Source: Takakia lepidozioides (lineage: Eukaryota > Plantae > Bryophyta). From it: DNA of 64,000 nucleotides. This document shows positions 40,401 through 52,866 of the stretch, piece after piece (position 1 is the first letter of the stretch; every line of letters starts with the position of its first letter). The notes beneath the pieces were generated by a model. The model did not search any database. It was not told the DNA's origin and saw only the letters and a list, made by a program, of their open reading frames with translations. The position numbers were made by a program, and so were the translations under genes. The stretch spans positions 68,262,001 through 68,326,000 of the forward strand of contig CM060731.1 of assembly GCA_030704615.1 (NCBI GenBank), given 5' to 3'.

Positions 40401-43400
40401 ACTCATGGAACCAAACAAGTGGTGGCCTTCATCCACCAGGCCTACATGCCTACAAGCAGAGAGAAGAGAAACGAAGGTGATACCATCTGGCTTCAAGCCT
40501 TCCTGCTGCATCTGTTCAAATAGTTGGAAGGCCTCTGTACTACACCCATGCTGAGCATATCCTGCAATTATGGCATTCCATGCTTGCTGAACCATATTTT
40601 CAAACACTTGACGTGCATCGTGAACACTCCCACATTTGGCATACATGTTAACAAGGGCATTGTCCAAGTTAAGATATGACACAACCCCAGCTTTGTTAAT
40701 ATCAGTATGGACTCGCGTGCCCTTTTCCAGGGCCCCTAGACTGGCACATGCATTGACAACAGAAACGAACGTGACCCTGTTCGGTGTCATCGCGTCCAGT
40801 TCCATTTGCTTGTATCTTGAAAGCCTCTTCAGCATAGCCATGCTCAGCATATCATGTAATCATGGCATTCCATGAGACCACATCTCGTTCAGGCATTTTG
40901 TTTAAAACCTGACGTGCATCTTTTCCGCTCCCACATTTGGCGTCAAGAAGGCTGTTCTCCACTTTAATATCCTGCAATCATTGCACTCCATGAGGGCTTC
41001 ACCACTTCCCCCATCATTTGTTCATAGGTCTCCAAAGCCTCCATCCCGTGCCCCTGCTCTGCATACCCTGCAAGCATAGCGTTCCACGACACCACATTTC
41101 TTTCAACCACAGTGTTGAAAACTCCCTTCGCATCCTCGATCCACCCACATTTGGCATATGTCCATCAGGGCAGTGTTCAGGATGAATCTGGTGCAATTCC
41201 AGCTTTGACGATGTCACCACGGACCTCTTTCCCATTTTCCAGGGCTCGCAGGTTTGCACACGCATTGCAACCTTGGTACAATTCCAGCTTTGATGATGTC
41301 ACCATGGACCTCTTTCCCCTTTTCCAGAGCTCCCCGGCTTGCACACGCATTGCAAACACAAATGAACGTGATGTGGTTGGGCTTCACCCTTGATGCATCA
41401 TTTGCTCAAAGGTCTCCAAAGCATTCCTACCACACCCGTGCTTGGTAAATCCTGCCAACATTATGTTCCACATGATCAAACATCGTTGAGGCATTCTGTT
41501 GAACACTTGGTGAGCATCACCACATCTCATTCCGCCATATTGTCTAACACTCCCTTTGCATGCTCGACGCTCCCACATTTGGCATACATGTCCACCAGGG
41601 TATTGTTCAGGATCACATCTGGTATGATTCCAGCTCTGACGATGTCGCCATGCACCTTTTGCCCAGAAATGCCAGAAGAGGCATTGTGGACTCCCTCTCT
41701 TGATCCTCTTCCAGAGGCTGTGGTCATGGTTGAAGTGCCTAATTTTATCAACTGTGCCGCTGCAGCTGTTGCCTTTAGTTGACCATCTACCCATGCAGGT
41801 TTCTTGTAGCTATTGATCCACAGGGAATCATAGGTAATCTTGTGCTTGAAATCTGGCCCTCTTGGATGCACACTCTACCCCTGCTCCTTCAGCTATCCAT
41901 GCCTCTGCACAAATCATGCATTCATCCTTGCCTTGCTGCTAATAGCTGACAATAACAGCCTAGATTAACACCCAACTCAGCTTATCACACTAGTTCATAT
42001 GTTCATTGCGTCTGCTACTCACTGTAATCCAACAGGCATCCACCTTTTTGCCTCGATTGTCCCACCATTGACTGGGGTCAGAAAAGTATTCTTTCCACAG
42101 CTTCTCCTCGTCTCTCTTACCTGTTTCTGGATACTTTGGCAGTATCATGTCAAAGTCACTCCAACTATCAAAGGTTCACTCAACCAGCTAACTTGCAGAA
42201 TTCAACATGAAAATTTAGGGCCGGTTCTGATAAGAGGGAACCCACACTCCATCCCTGCTCCTTCAGCTATCCATGCCTCTGCACAAATCATGCATACATC
42301 CTTGCCTTGCTGCTAGCAACATATAATGACAGCCTAGAATTCTTCCAGCAAACACCCCCGCACTTAACATACATGTTGACGAGGGTGCTGAGGAGAAAAA
42401 CATTTGGCGTGAATCCACTTTGGATAATGTGAGTGTGCACCAACTTTCAACTTCCAGGCCTTTCACCTTGATGCACTTATGCAAGAGACAGACATACGTT
42501 TCTGAATCTGCTGAAATGCCTCCTTGGTTTAAAGTCTGTAGAGCCTCTTTCAGTCTGCCTGCCTCACAAAGCATCTTCACATGCCCAGAAGTGCCAGAAG
42601 TGGCATTGTGGACTCCCTCTCTTGATCCTCTTTCAGAAGCTGTGGTGATGGATGAGTTGCCTAATTTCATCAACTGTGCTGCTGCAACTACTGCATTCAG
42701 TTGACCATCTACCCAGAGAGACCACATATAAAGGTGATAATGTCCGGCTTCAAGCCGTTCTTTTACATTCCTTCAAATAGTTGCAGGACCTCCCTATGAC
42801 AACCATGCTGGACATATCCTGCGATCATGGAATTCCACGACACCACATTTCGTTCAGTCATCCTGTCGAACACTCCCTTTGCATCCTTGATGCACTCACA
42901 TTTGACATACAGGTCCAGCAGGGCAGTGTTCAGGATGACATCTGGTACAAATCCAGCTTTGACGATGTCCCATGGACCTCATTGCACCTTTCCACGGCTG
43001 CCAGGCTTGCACAAGCATTGCAAACGCAAACAAATGTGATGTGGTTGGGCTTCACCCTTTCGCACATCAATTGCTCATAGGTCTCCAAAGCCTCCATCCT
43101 GCCCTTTGCTGTGCATATCCTACAATCATCGTCCTCCACAACACCACATTTCTTTCAGCCATACTGTCGAACCCTCCCTTTGCATCCTAGATGCACTCAC
43201 ATTTGACATACATGTCCAGCAGGGCAGTGTTCAGGATGACATCTGGTACAAATCCAGCTTTGACGATGTCACATGCATGGACCTCATTGCACCTTTCCAA
43301 AGCTACCAGGCTTGCACACGCATTGCAAATGCACACAAACGTTATGCGGTTGGGCTTCACCCCTTCGCACATCAATTGCTCATAGGTCTCCAACTCCTCC

Positions 43401-44410
43401 ATCCCGCGCCCTTGCTGTGCATATTCTGCAATCATCGCCCTCCACGACACCACATCTCCTTCAGCCATACTGTCGAAAACTTCTTTTGCATCCTCGATGC
43501 ACTCACATTTGACATACATGTCCAGCAGGGCAGTGTTCAGAATGACATTGGGTACAATTCCAGATGTGACGATGTCACCATGGACCACTTTGCACCTTTC
43601 CAGAGCTGCCAGGCTTGCACACGCATTGCAAATGCAAACAAATGTTATGCGGTCGGGCTTCACCCCTTCCCCCATCATTTGCTCATAGGTCTCTGAAGCC
43701 TCCATTGCTGTGCATATCCTGCAATCATCGCCCTCCATGTCACCTCATTTCTTTCAGCCATACTGTCGAAAACTCCCTTTGCATTCTCGATGCACTCACA
43801 TTTGACATACATGTCCAGCAGGGCTGTGTTCAGGATGACATCTGGTACAAATCAGCTTTGACAATGTCACCATGGACCTCATTGCACCTTTCCAGGGCTG
43901 CCAGGCTTGCACACACATTGCAAATGCAAACAAACGTCAACAAGCTTCTCCTCATCTATGTTATCTGTTTTTGGATACTTTCCTGCTGCCACATCGGCAG
44001 TAACTTGTCAAAGTCACTCCTAACCACCACAGATACACCCAACGAGCCCATGGAGACCTGCTAGCAACTGACACAATTCTGAATTGCATCTGTTTCTCTC
44101 TGTATCCAATAGGCATTCACCTTTTTGTCTCCATTGTCCCACCATTGACTGGGGTCGGAAAAGTGAAATGGTGCAGCTAGGCAGGCAGAGATTGAAACAC
44201 GGCGCATACATATCGACAAGGATAGTCTCCATAATGATATCTGGTGCAATTCTAGCTTCCACAATGTCAACATGGACCTATGTACCTTTTTCCAGGGCTT
44301 CTAGGCTGGCACAAGCATTGAGATAGAAATGAATGTAATGCTGTTGGGTGTTCATACATCTGGCAAGCCGCCCTACCACAGCCATGCTGATCATATCTTG
44401 CAATTATCAG
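37402..44410 (-). pseudogene. Tandem cluster of fragmented PLS/E-class pentatricopeptide-repeat genes
   Basis: Many copies of ITFV.V..ACASLAALE.G..VH, LVDMYAKCG....A..VFD.M..RDVVSW.AMIAGYAQHG, and E-domain W..LLGACRIHGN...YVLLSN. Heavily frameshifted. No DYW seen. Confidence 0.93.
38497..39321 (-). CDS. PPR protein C-terminal part (L-S-P2-L2-S2-E1-E2), probably 5'-truncated
   Basis: Uninterrupted 274-aa ORF ending ...YVLLSNVFAAAGRWDDAAKVRRMM.DRGVRREPG.C.IEV. Confidence 0.75.
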   Translation of the reverse strand: MNDMGRGDTNQVPFVSVFNACASLAALEKATEIHADIIKAGIEPTLTLESTLVDMYAKCGDLKNAWLVFDNMVERDVVSWSAMIAGYAQHGCGRVALQLLEQMQHEGLKPNGITFICVLSACSHVRLVDEGSHYFDSRSQAHGLTSTDQHFGCMVDLLGRAGHVDEAEDFIKKMPSKPAATVWGTLLGACRIHGNLEVAERAVEYLLEWDPQNAATYVLLSNVFAAAGRWDDAAKVRRMMWDRGVRREPGRCCIEVYSQVQPRQKVESLLDDRE

Positions 44411-44696
44411 ACGCATCTCAGGACCGAGTCTGATGAGAGGGAAAAACAGGCTGAAATAGGTCGAAGAAGAAGGTGCCCTCACCACATTGTCCTTGACCTT
44501 GTGTCATGACCCATGGAGGATTTGACGGACCATCAACCCAAAAGGACCTCTTGTGTGTGCTGCTTTTGTCTGTAGTCAGGTAATGTCGGATTGGTCTGTG
44601 AGAACCACCACGGTGCAGCTGAGTAGGCAGAGATTGAAACACGGCATGCTAAGACCAAGCTGAATCTCCCAAGAACCTTGTAAACATCAGGAAGAA

Positions 44697-45433
44697 TACC
44701 ATCTACGATTGAATTTGCTTCCCCCTCTTTAGTGTCACCATCAGGCTTTCTCTTTCTGACCCCACTTTTCCATTTCGTTTCAGATTTCTTAGACTCATTA
44801 TCTTTCCTGAAGCCTGCAAACACCCATAACTGCTCAAGAACTTTGTTCTTTAAAGACAGTCTAGATAAGTCATGCAAAAGGAAGACATAGAATGTATTCA
44901 TGAGATGATGTTGTCATAGACCCTACGCCCAGTTTGGGTAGAACAAGAGGGAACAGACGCTACCTTTGTCAGGGGCTCACTCCAGTAGTGGGACTTACCT
45001 TGGTATAAACAGCTTTCCAGGTTCTCCTAGAAATCCCTTCACACGAGCATCAATCTGCTGTGTGTGAGCTGCCCAGCAATTAGACCCCAACAAGGGCCAG
45101 GGAAGACACACAGAGTGTGAGAAAGACTAGTGTCTTTGTTGATTTTTTTGGCTTTTTCAAACTTTTGAGGTGTTCCCTGAAGAGGTTTTCTACTAGAGTT
45201 TGATTTGGCACCTTGCCCCATAAGGAAAGACAGAACAAAAAACTCAAATAATCCACTTAAGTCATCACTGCAAATCATCATGAGAGAGAGAGAGAGAGAG
45301 AGAGCCATACACACCTGCAAGTGCAGCTCTCAAGGGCTCACAAAACTCGGTGAGGTCCAGCTCCTCAATAGCTTTGAGCACATCCTCAGCATTGATGGTT
45401 TGTCGCTTTGATTCACGACATATTTCATTTGCT
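44697..45433 (-). pseudogene. Two 3' exons of a DPB4/POLE3 (NF-YB-type histone fold) gene copy; first exon not seen
   Basis: AG/GT-bounded exon 45315-45433 ANEICRESKRQTINAEDVLKAIEELDLTEFCEPLRAAL, then an exon from 44813 FRKDNESKK...RKRK. Confidence 0.75.
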
Positions 45434-45773
45434 CTGTTACAGCAGAGACCATCCCTGGTGTGTTCATTGGTCCATCCTTTCCTTCCCTCCCCCTCCTCTC
45501 TTTCCCTCTTTTCCTCTCTTTTCGAATCATAGTTAATCTGGAGCTTGAAATCCGACCCTTTTGGATGAATCTGGACCCACACTCGATCCCTGCTCCTTCA
45601 GCTATCCATGCCTGTGCTTGCAAGGTGAACGATGGCGGAAAACACAGAGCTCCTGCAGTTCAAGAAGATCAAGATCCGGGCATTTCGGGCAGTTCCAAAA
45701 ACGTTGGCGCGGCGATTTTTATTGGCCTATTTCGAGCGGGCCGTCCGGGCAGATTCCAAATAAATTGACGACG

Positions 45774-45835
45774 ACGATGACCTGGCTACGATGACCTGGC
45801 TATGATGACCTGTCTACGATGACCTGTCTATGATG
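45774..45835. repeat. 14-bp minisatellite (AYGATGACCTGKCT) x4
   Basis: Directly visible tandem units. Confidence 0.85.
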
Positions 45836-45973
45836 TTTTGGCACTATGGCACCCTATACCTGCTCTACGCTAAACTAGCTTCCGACCTTCGGTCATCGCT
45901 AGAATTTTTTAATCAGTGGCTTGATTCAGACTTAGGAGATGGCTCATCAGGAGACAGATTGTGCTTGGTCACC

Positions 45974-46425
45974 ATGGAGACCAAAAGCTATCACGCGATA
46001 ACTTTGCAGTCTTCACCTCAGATATTAAGGGTGGTGGAACTGATGCAAACATTGTCATTCAGCTCGGAGATCATGGCCGGGAGTCCGGTGAGAAGAAAAT
46101 CGTGGCATCGTCTGAGGCCTTTGAAAGAGGGAAGTGTGATGTATTAACAATTGAGGCTCCAGAGATGGGAGCCCTTGTTAAACTTCAAACCGGGCATGAC
46201 AACTCAGGGTCGAGACCAGCATGGCATTTGACAAAGTCGAAGTATTTGAGGAAGGAACTGGTAAAAGTTGGGTCTTTATCTGCAATGAGTGGAGTGATGA
46301 CAGAAAGGGAAATGGCTGCACAATCAAAGACTTGGAGCCTCTGGATCTTGGCGATTCGAAGGCATCCAAAATGACCTATCGTGTCACAGCATTCACATTC
46401 ACAGGTGACTGCCAGGGAGCTGCAG
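45974..46425 (+). pseudogene. PLAT/LH2 domain fragment (LOXHD1-like), frameshifted
   Basis: VFTSDIKGGGTDANIVIQL.G..ESGE...FERG..D...IEA.EMG.L.KL..GHDNSG..PAWH-DKVEV...FICNEW, followed by the start of a second PLAT repeat (YRVT..TGD..GA). Confidence 0.85.
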
Positions 46426-46790
46426 TGAGGAGAGTGATATGGAACTCATTGATGCGAGTGAGGACAATAATGAAGGAATTTGGCTGCTGTCGTGGATGCA
46501 ATGCTCATCAACACAGAACACAGGGTGAGGTCCCTCATTTCCATTGCCTTGTGAACATGCCAAGGGACACTTGCAAGGCTGGTTTGCTGTTAGTAGGTAA
46601 CAAAACAGGAGATGTGGGCTATTACCTATTAACTCTTTCCTGTGCCTCATTAGAGAAGTACCAAGAGACTCAAGGGCCTATTATGAACGAAAGTATATGG
46701 GTCCACCAACTCCATGCCTCTGGACCTGGCCGTGATTATTTTCCATACTTCCAATATTCAATTGGTTTTACAGAGATTAGACTCATGCAG

Positions 46791-47565
46791 GTGTTTTATT
46801 TTGCACGCCTTTTCGAATGGCGTTCAGCCATTTATTCACAACCTTTTTATCCTGATTTCCAGCATGCAGTAAGTATGATACTTAGTCCGTGTTTTTTGGA
46901 AAGAGTAGTTGGGCTTTGTTCAGAAACCACAAAGTAAAGTGTGTTTGCAAGTTTTGCGTTCGTGAAGCAGTTGTGGATCTTTCGTGGATCTTTCATGGGT
47001 TTACTTGTTTGAGTTATTGGCAAAGGTCCTCCATTTTTCCACCGTCAGCTCTCCTCTTGTAGTGACATTTTAGTGGTTGTTTGATGACCCAAGGAGCTGC
47101 ATGCAGGTCAACACCTCAATCCTCTAGTTGTTTCTTAATAAGTCCTCTTAATTGTTTTCCATTTGGTTGAAACAAAGAGAGGTAGAGAGTTGCAGTTACG
47201 AGACCTTTTAGTTGAAGTTCAAAGATGGGGCGGTGGAGGGATGGCAGGTAAAGCTGACACTGATAGTGGCAGGCATTGTGGTGCCATTAAACACAATGTT
47301 TGGCCTTATTGTTGCTCTCTGGCTCACTCGCCATGACTTCCCTGGTAAGGTATGCTCCACCTCATAAAGTAATTCTACATCGTCTTGCAAGAGAGGCAGG
47401 CACTACTTCCAATTCAGAGTCCATTGTCTTGATATCATTTATGAAGAAAACATGTTTTGCTTGGAATGTCACTGGGTTCATATTAGGAGGATGAAAAATA
47501 GGTTCAAGAGGCATCTGTTGTGGGGATGTGTTGTGCAGGCGCTTTTGATAAGCTTTTTGGATTTG
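46791..47565 (+). pseudogene. Spliced fragment of a CysW/SULP2-like sulfate ABC permease
   Basis: AG/GT-bounded exons 46791-46868 (AFSNGVQPFIHNLF-PDFQHA, frameshifted) and 47248-47349 ([34 protein letters not shown]), then 47539 onward (ALLISFLDL). These follow the CysW pattern LT...A.I.VP.N..FG...AW..TR..FPG+..L..LLD.P. Confidence 0.8.
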
Positions 47566-47977
47566 CAACAAAGCAAATTAGCATCATATACCTGTAAGGT
47601 GCAGGTCAGCACTCATGCAACCACTCCAGCTTGCACTGGATGATTCATGTCACCCTTATGTGATGCCTCACTGTGTAGCAAAAAATAAATTTCAAATGTT
47701 TCTCCTAGCTTGGGAAGGTGGAAACAGGAACTGAGTGGATGCAAACTGATAAGACAAGCAATGTCAGAACAAGAAAAAGGTCAGATGCTAATCTGAATAT
47801 GCTCGTATTAATGCAGCGTTCATATTTGCAAACAGGTATACAGAGTTTGTTTTCAGCACCTGCTAACCAAGTAAGAATGGAACAACTATATGAATCTGGA
47901 TTCTTATTGTCTTTATAGAAGTGGCCATTCAGAGAGCTTCTAATGAGAGTTTCATAGTTGCTGCCAATGATTGAATT

Positions 47978-49460
47978 TCAGGGTCTTCCGTAGCTGCTGT
48001 CCATGATTGAATACTTCATTCTGCCAAGCATCATCTCATCGCTTTTGTAAGGTGGAAGATACAGGGTTTGCACACAGGTCGAGGACTGCATGCATGGATT
48101 GTCATTCCGGTGATCCATGCGCATTATGGTGATATCCTTTGCACCAAAGTACTCTAACCCCGTGATGAAAACTGACAGCCTCGTCCTCTCTGCATAGGAC
48201 AGGGTCTGGACACAATTGATGAACCAGAGTTTTTGCACGGGGTCGATGGAAGGGTGGAAGCAGCAGCGGCGTAGGAAATCAGCAGCCTCTATTGCGCAGG
48301 TCCCATTGAACAAGATGCACAGTGTTTCTGGTGTGAGCTGCATTAAACCATCTCGCATATTTGATTTTTTAGTTGCAGTTGTGTTTGCACCATCAATTGC
48401 CTTGAAAAACCCTCTCCTCGTCGCTTGCCCAATCTCTTTTCTGCCCTGAAACAAATAGCTGTAGATAATGGCACCAACTTTGTTCTTCACGTCAATTTCC
48501 CAAGTGTCGTGTGTCACTTCAAAAATTTTGAACGTCCATCCAAGGTCATCGTCAATCTGGTCTGTTGCTAAATCCTGGATGGTCTGTGATGCTTCGCTGA
48601 ATGATCTATAAAGCCTCTCTAGAACGGCCCATTTGCTAGGCCATCCTAATTTGAAATCCCGCTCCAGGTCAGCCCGCATCTTTGGGTCCACCCCTAACCC
48701 TAAGTTTGTGGACACAGGCACCTGCTCCAGCAGGATCAGGAGTGTCGTGTAGGAGAAGTATCGAGGGACTTCGATGCTGAAAGTACCAAGCTGGAAAATC
48801 AGGTGACCCAGCATTTCAGCCTGCATTTCAGCATTCCAATATTTTAGCACTCATTTTGTGAATCCAATGTGTGGTAATACACATAACATGCAAATTTCAA
48901 CTGTACCGTGGGCAACTGCATTTGTGGCCGGACAATCTCTGAGCCCAATTTCACGTGCAGCAATTGGCCTTGTAGGTTGTCCGTGTATTCAAATATCTGG
49001 TTGTAGTTCTGCAAAAGAATAAACTAAACCATCAGTATGTGTAATTTCCAGCAACTCTGTAACCCAGATTTTAATGGACACAATTAAAGTATGAAAAAGA
49101 TCAGAATTGCTCACGTAGCTAAAGGACCAGAATTGCTTCCACAAGTTTGTTAACCAGGCGTCTCTTAGCCCATCCGCGTCTATAGTTCCAGATTCTTGAA
49201 TTCCGCTGGAATGCACATCTCCACACGAGGGTTGTATGAGGCAGCTTCTTTGGTCAGTGAGTTTGTGTACCAAAGCTCCAAAAAAGCTTGCAACTCCCTG
49301 CCTTGGTGCACAAGGACTTCTGTCCCTCTTGCTGCAGCTGACTTTAAGTATGCGTTGTAGGTCTTGAAGACTTTTTTATTTACATAAAATCTTTGGTACG
49401 CAAATAGTGCATCATCCACTTTTGCACGAGCATCCAACACAAGTGTCTCCTCGGCCGTGC
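47978..49460 (-). pseudogene. Divergent stand-alone HECT E3 ligase-like gene, frameshifted 5' part
   Basis: N-lobe-like ESGTIDADGLRDAWLTNL near 49150-49200. C-lobe WF...V..LS..ER..L..FITG ... SSTCVQTLYLPPYKS.E.M...M.YSI....YG in ORF 47978-48850. Confidence 0.7.
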
Positions 49461-49729
49461 CTTATTGGCTGGTGGGGCCCGCACTGCAAGCACTTTTTTA
49501 ATATCAAGTACAGGGCCTCTCCCCCCTTTTATTTATTCTAAAGAAACTGGTTTAAGATTAATTGAACTGTTGGTCTATTATGAGGCCCCCCCCCCCCCCC
49601 CCCCCCCCCGCAAGTTATTTTTTCCTTGCATATCAATCCATTTCAGGATCGTAAAGAACTGCCCAAGAATTTTGCAGTGTATATCTAGGCGCCTTACATG
49701 GGTGCAATGTCCACTCTAACAAACAGTGA

Positions 49730-50593
49730 CCTTACGTTTTCGTAAGGCTCCTGCGGCAACACAGGAGTGATCTTACGTATTAGGTAAAGTCCTGCAACGA
49801 GGGCTGTACGGGATTCAAGGTTCCACAGTCTCCAGGGCGTGGGAATCTTGAATCCCGTAAAGCCCGAGTTACAGGACTTTAGCTCACGTAAAAACTGTAT
49901 TTATGACCGTGTGAAAAGAAAATTACTTGCTCAGATTATGGGCCGAGCCCATGGGCTCCAGGGTGTGTAACAGGACAAGCGGGATTTTATGCTATTAAAA
50001 GCGCACCAAAACTACACTAGCTAGGTTTTTACGTACTAGAGAACGGGCCGTGTTTGGCCGATTCTGCCCTGTAAGCGGCTTTGGGCGAGCCCTATGGCAG
50101 CGCACAGGGCAGAGTCGGCCAACGCGGCCTGTTCACTGGCTTTAAAAGCAGGTGTGGCGGATTCTCGCCGCTACGTGGTGCAATATGATTGAGGTTCAAT
50201 TATCCCATATCGATTGCCCAGATTCAGAGCCCCGGAGACGATATAAACGGGGCGAGCTTTAGGGAAAGGTGGGTGGGTTGATGGCTGGCCTCGGTAGTAG
50301 GTCTGTCGTCCTCTGTGCATAATCGGCCATCCCTGCTGATTCTACCCTTGGTTGCCGATTTGGCCCGAGAATTAGGCCGAAAAAGTGGCAGAATCCGCCA
50401 CACCTGCTTTTAACAAATTCGTAAGGCCACACTTCGATTTTTTTAATGTTTTAGTTGAATTCTCGGGCAGTTCTTTACGCAAGAGAAGGGCCCATGTGTG
50501 GGGCCTTCCGCCATTTTCAGGACCTGGGCCTCGGGCTACCGCCCTCGTCTACGGCCCTCACATGGCGGAAGGCCCTCCACTCAGGCCCTTCTC
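49730..50593. other. Non-coding block of five long inverted repeats/hairpins
   Basis: Stems at 49730-49747, 49785-49881, 50041-50134, 50142-50413 (perfect 24-bp arms) and 50483-50593. Confidence 0.85.
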
Positions 50594-51077
50594 CTATACT
50601 TGAAAATCAATTCATTACGTGGATGTAATTATATATGTATAGCATAACCTCCATAGCTTTATAAAAAGACCCAAGTGGGGTGACTGTACAAATGGGTGTA
50701 ACTGTCCCGAAGAGGAAAAACCAAAGCTGGTACAGCCGGATATATTGACACAAAGAAAGAAATCAAACTATTCTAGTATCATCTACAGCCTGAAGAAGGT
50801 CAGACAACAGAAAAGAGGGTGGATCGGAGAGTGCGAGGAGGCGAGATGAAGCCGCCCCAGCAACCTTTGCCCGACGTAAAATAGATTGAGCGGAGAGCAA
50901 CAGAAACTTGTTGTCTAAAGAAAGCTACAAAAACAGAGGCCTATGGGCTTTCAAGGCTTTTGTTTTCCGCTGCAGGATGGGTATGCATATATATTAGTTT
51001 TGTTATGTATAGATGAAAGTGCAATATACAAAACTGAAATATTAGTTGGTTCAGGTTCCAAATTTTTAATTTTCTAA

Positions 51078-52100
51078 GAGCATCTCCACCGTATCCACTG
51101 AAAACTTAACCGTAAAGCTCCATATAGGGACACCTATTCCGTGCGCTAAATATTATTTTACGTCGCTCTTAATGCATCGACCCAGACCCACCGCAGACGC
51201 GGAAAAGCCAATGCTATATGCCGTCGGGCTCACTGCTGACGACCCCAATGGAATAGCATGTGGCGGGTTCTCTGAATTACCTTTGTACGATGAGAGGACA
51301 TTTCGCCGTCGGTTCAGGATGCAGAAGGATCTTTTCTTAAAGATTATGTACTCTGTTGTAGCCTATGATCCTTATTTGAAGCAGAGAGTAGATGGGTGTG
51401 GATTGTTGGGTTTGTCGAATATCCAGAAATGCACAGCGGCATTAAGGATGCTCGTTTATGGTGTAGCTACCGATGCTGTTGATCAGTCCTGCAAGTTGAG
51501 CGAATCCACTGCTATGGAGGCTATGAAGAGATTTGTGCATGCAGTTCATGCCTGTTTTGAAGAAAATTTCCTTCGTTAACCAACTGCACAAGACATACAG
51601 AGGCAAATGTGGATCAATATTGTTCGAGGGTTTCCTGGTATGTTTGCCTCTTTAGATTGTATGCTGCCTCCAGTATCAAGATAAAGATGGAAACCGCAGC
51701 ATTATGCTGGAGGCAATTGCCTCTCAGGATCTTTGGATCTGGCACACCTTCTTTGGGCTGCCAGGTGGAAATAATGACATTAACGTTCTGGATCGCTCTC
51801 CGTTGGTTGCAAATTTGCTCAAATGACAGGCTGAGAATGTCGCCTTCACTGTCAACGACAATGTCTACAAGAGGTATTACCTCTTGGCAGATGGCATATA
51901 TCTCTTTTGGTCCATTTTTGTGCAGACAATTCATGAGCCTCAAGACCAGAAGAGGGCGCATTTTGCGATGATGCAGGAGTCAGTGAGAAAGGACGTTGAG
52001 AGAGCTTTTGGTGTACGACAAAGTAGGTTTTCAATCATACAAAACCTTTCAAGACAGTGGGATGTATACAATATCAAATCTATCATGTTAGCATGTGTCG
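51078..52100 (+). mobile_element. PIF/Harbinger (Pong-type) transposon with degenerate transposase, interrupted by a hAT insertion
   Basis: TAA followed by GAGCATCTCCA TIR-like start. YDERTFRRRFRM..LF; QKCTAALRML.YG; GG.NDINVLDRSP; YYL.ADGIY; QESVRKDVERAFGV. Continues after 63995. Confidence 0.92.
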
Positions 52101-52345
52101 CCTAGTTGCAAATTTGGACGTGACATGGCGTTGACGCGTCAACATCACGTCCGACGTCAGCGACGGACGTGCGTCGCGTCACGTCACGTCCTAAACCGAC
52201 GTTATTGTACATAAATATGTTTATTTTTTTACTTTACTATTGACTATTTACTATAAAAACCGACGTGGCAACCGATGTGGTCTTATTACGTGGACTTCAT
52301 TAATTATCTGTAAAATTCATATATTATGATTTATATTATCAATCA

Positions 52346-52866
52346 TGCGACCGTCAGCAAAGGTTGGTCGGACAAATTTTTATTTTTTTTAAATAGGTGC
52401 GACCACCAGAAGGGGGTGGTCGCAAAAAAATTCTTATTTTTTAAATGGATGCGACCACCAGCAGGTGGAGGTCGCAGCATTTTCATTTTTTTTAATAGGT
52501 GCGACCACAAGCAGATGGTAGTTGCACATTTTTTCTTTTTTTTAAATTGGGTGCGACCACCAGCAAATGTTGGTTGCAAATTTTTATTTTTCTTAAAATA
52601 TGTGCGACCACCAGCAGGTGGTGGTCACAACTTTTTCATTTTTTTTAAATAGGTGCGACCACCAGCAGAGGATGGTCGCACGTTTTTAATTATTTTTTAA
52701 ATGGGTACGACCACCAGCAGGGGATGGTTGCACATTTTGTAATTATTTTTTAAATGGGTGCGACCACCAGCCGGTGGTGGTCGCAGACTTTTTCTTTTTT
52801 GTTATTAGGTGCGACCGCTCCCTGGACACGTGGCCAGGCGTAAATAGGCAGCAAAGGCGGTCGCAC
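52346..52866. repeat. Left subterminal array of palindromic TGCGACCACC..GGTGGTCGCA units (~55-bp period, T-rich spacers)
   Basis: About 9 directly visible units. Confidence 0.92.
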
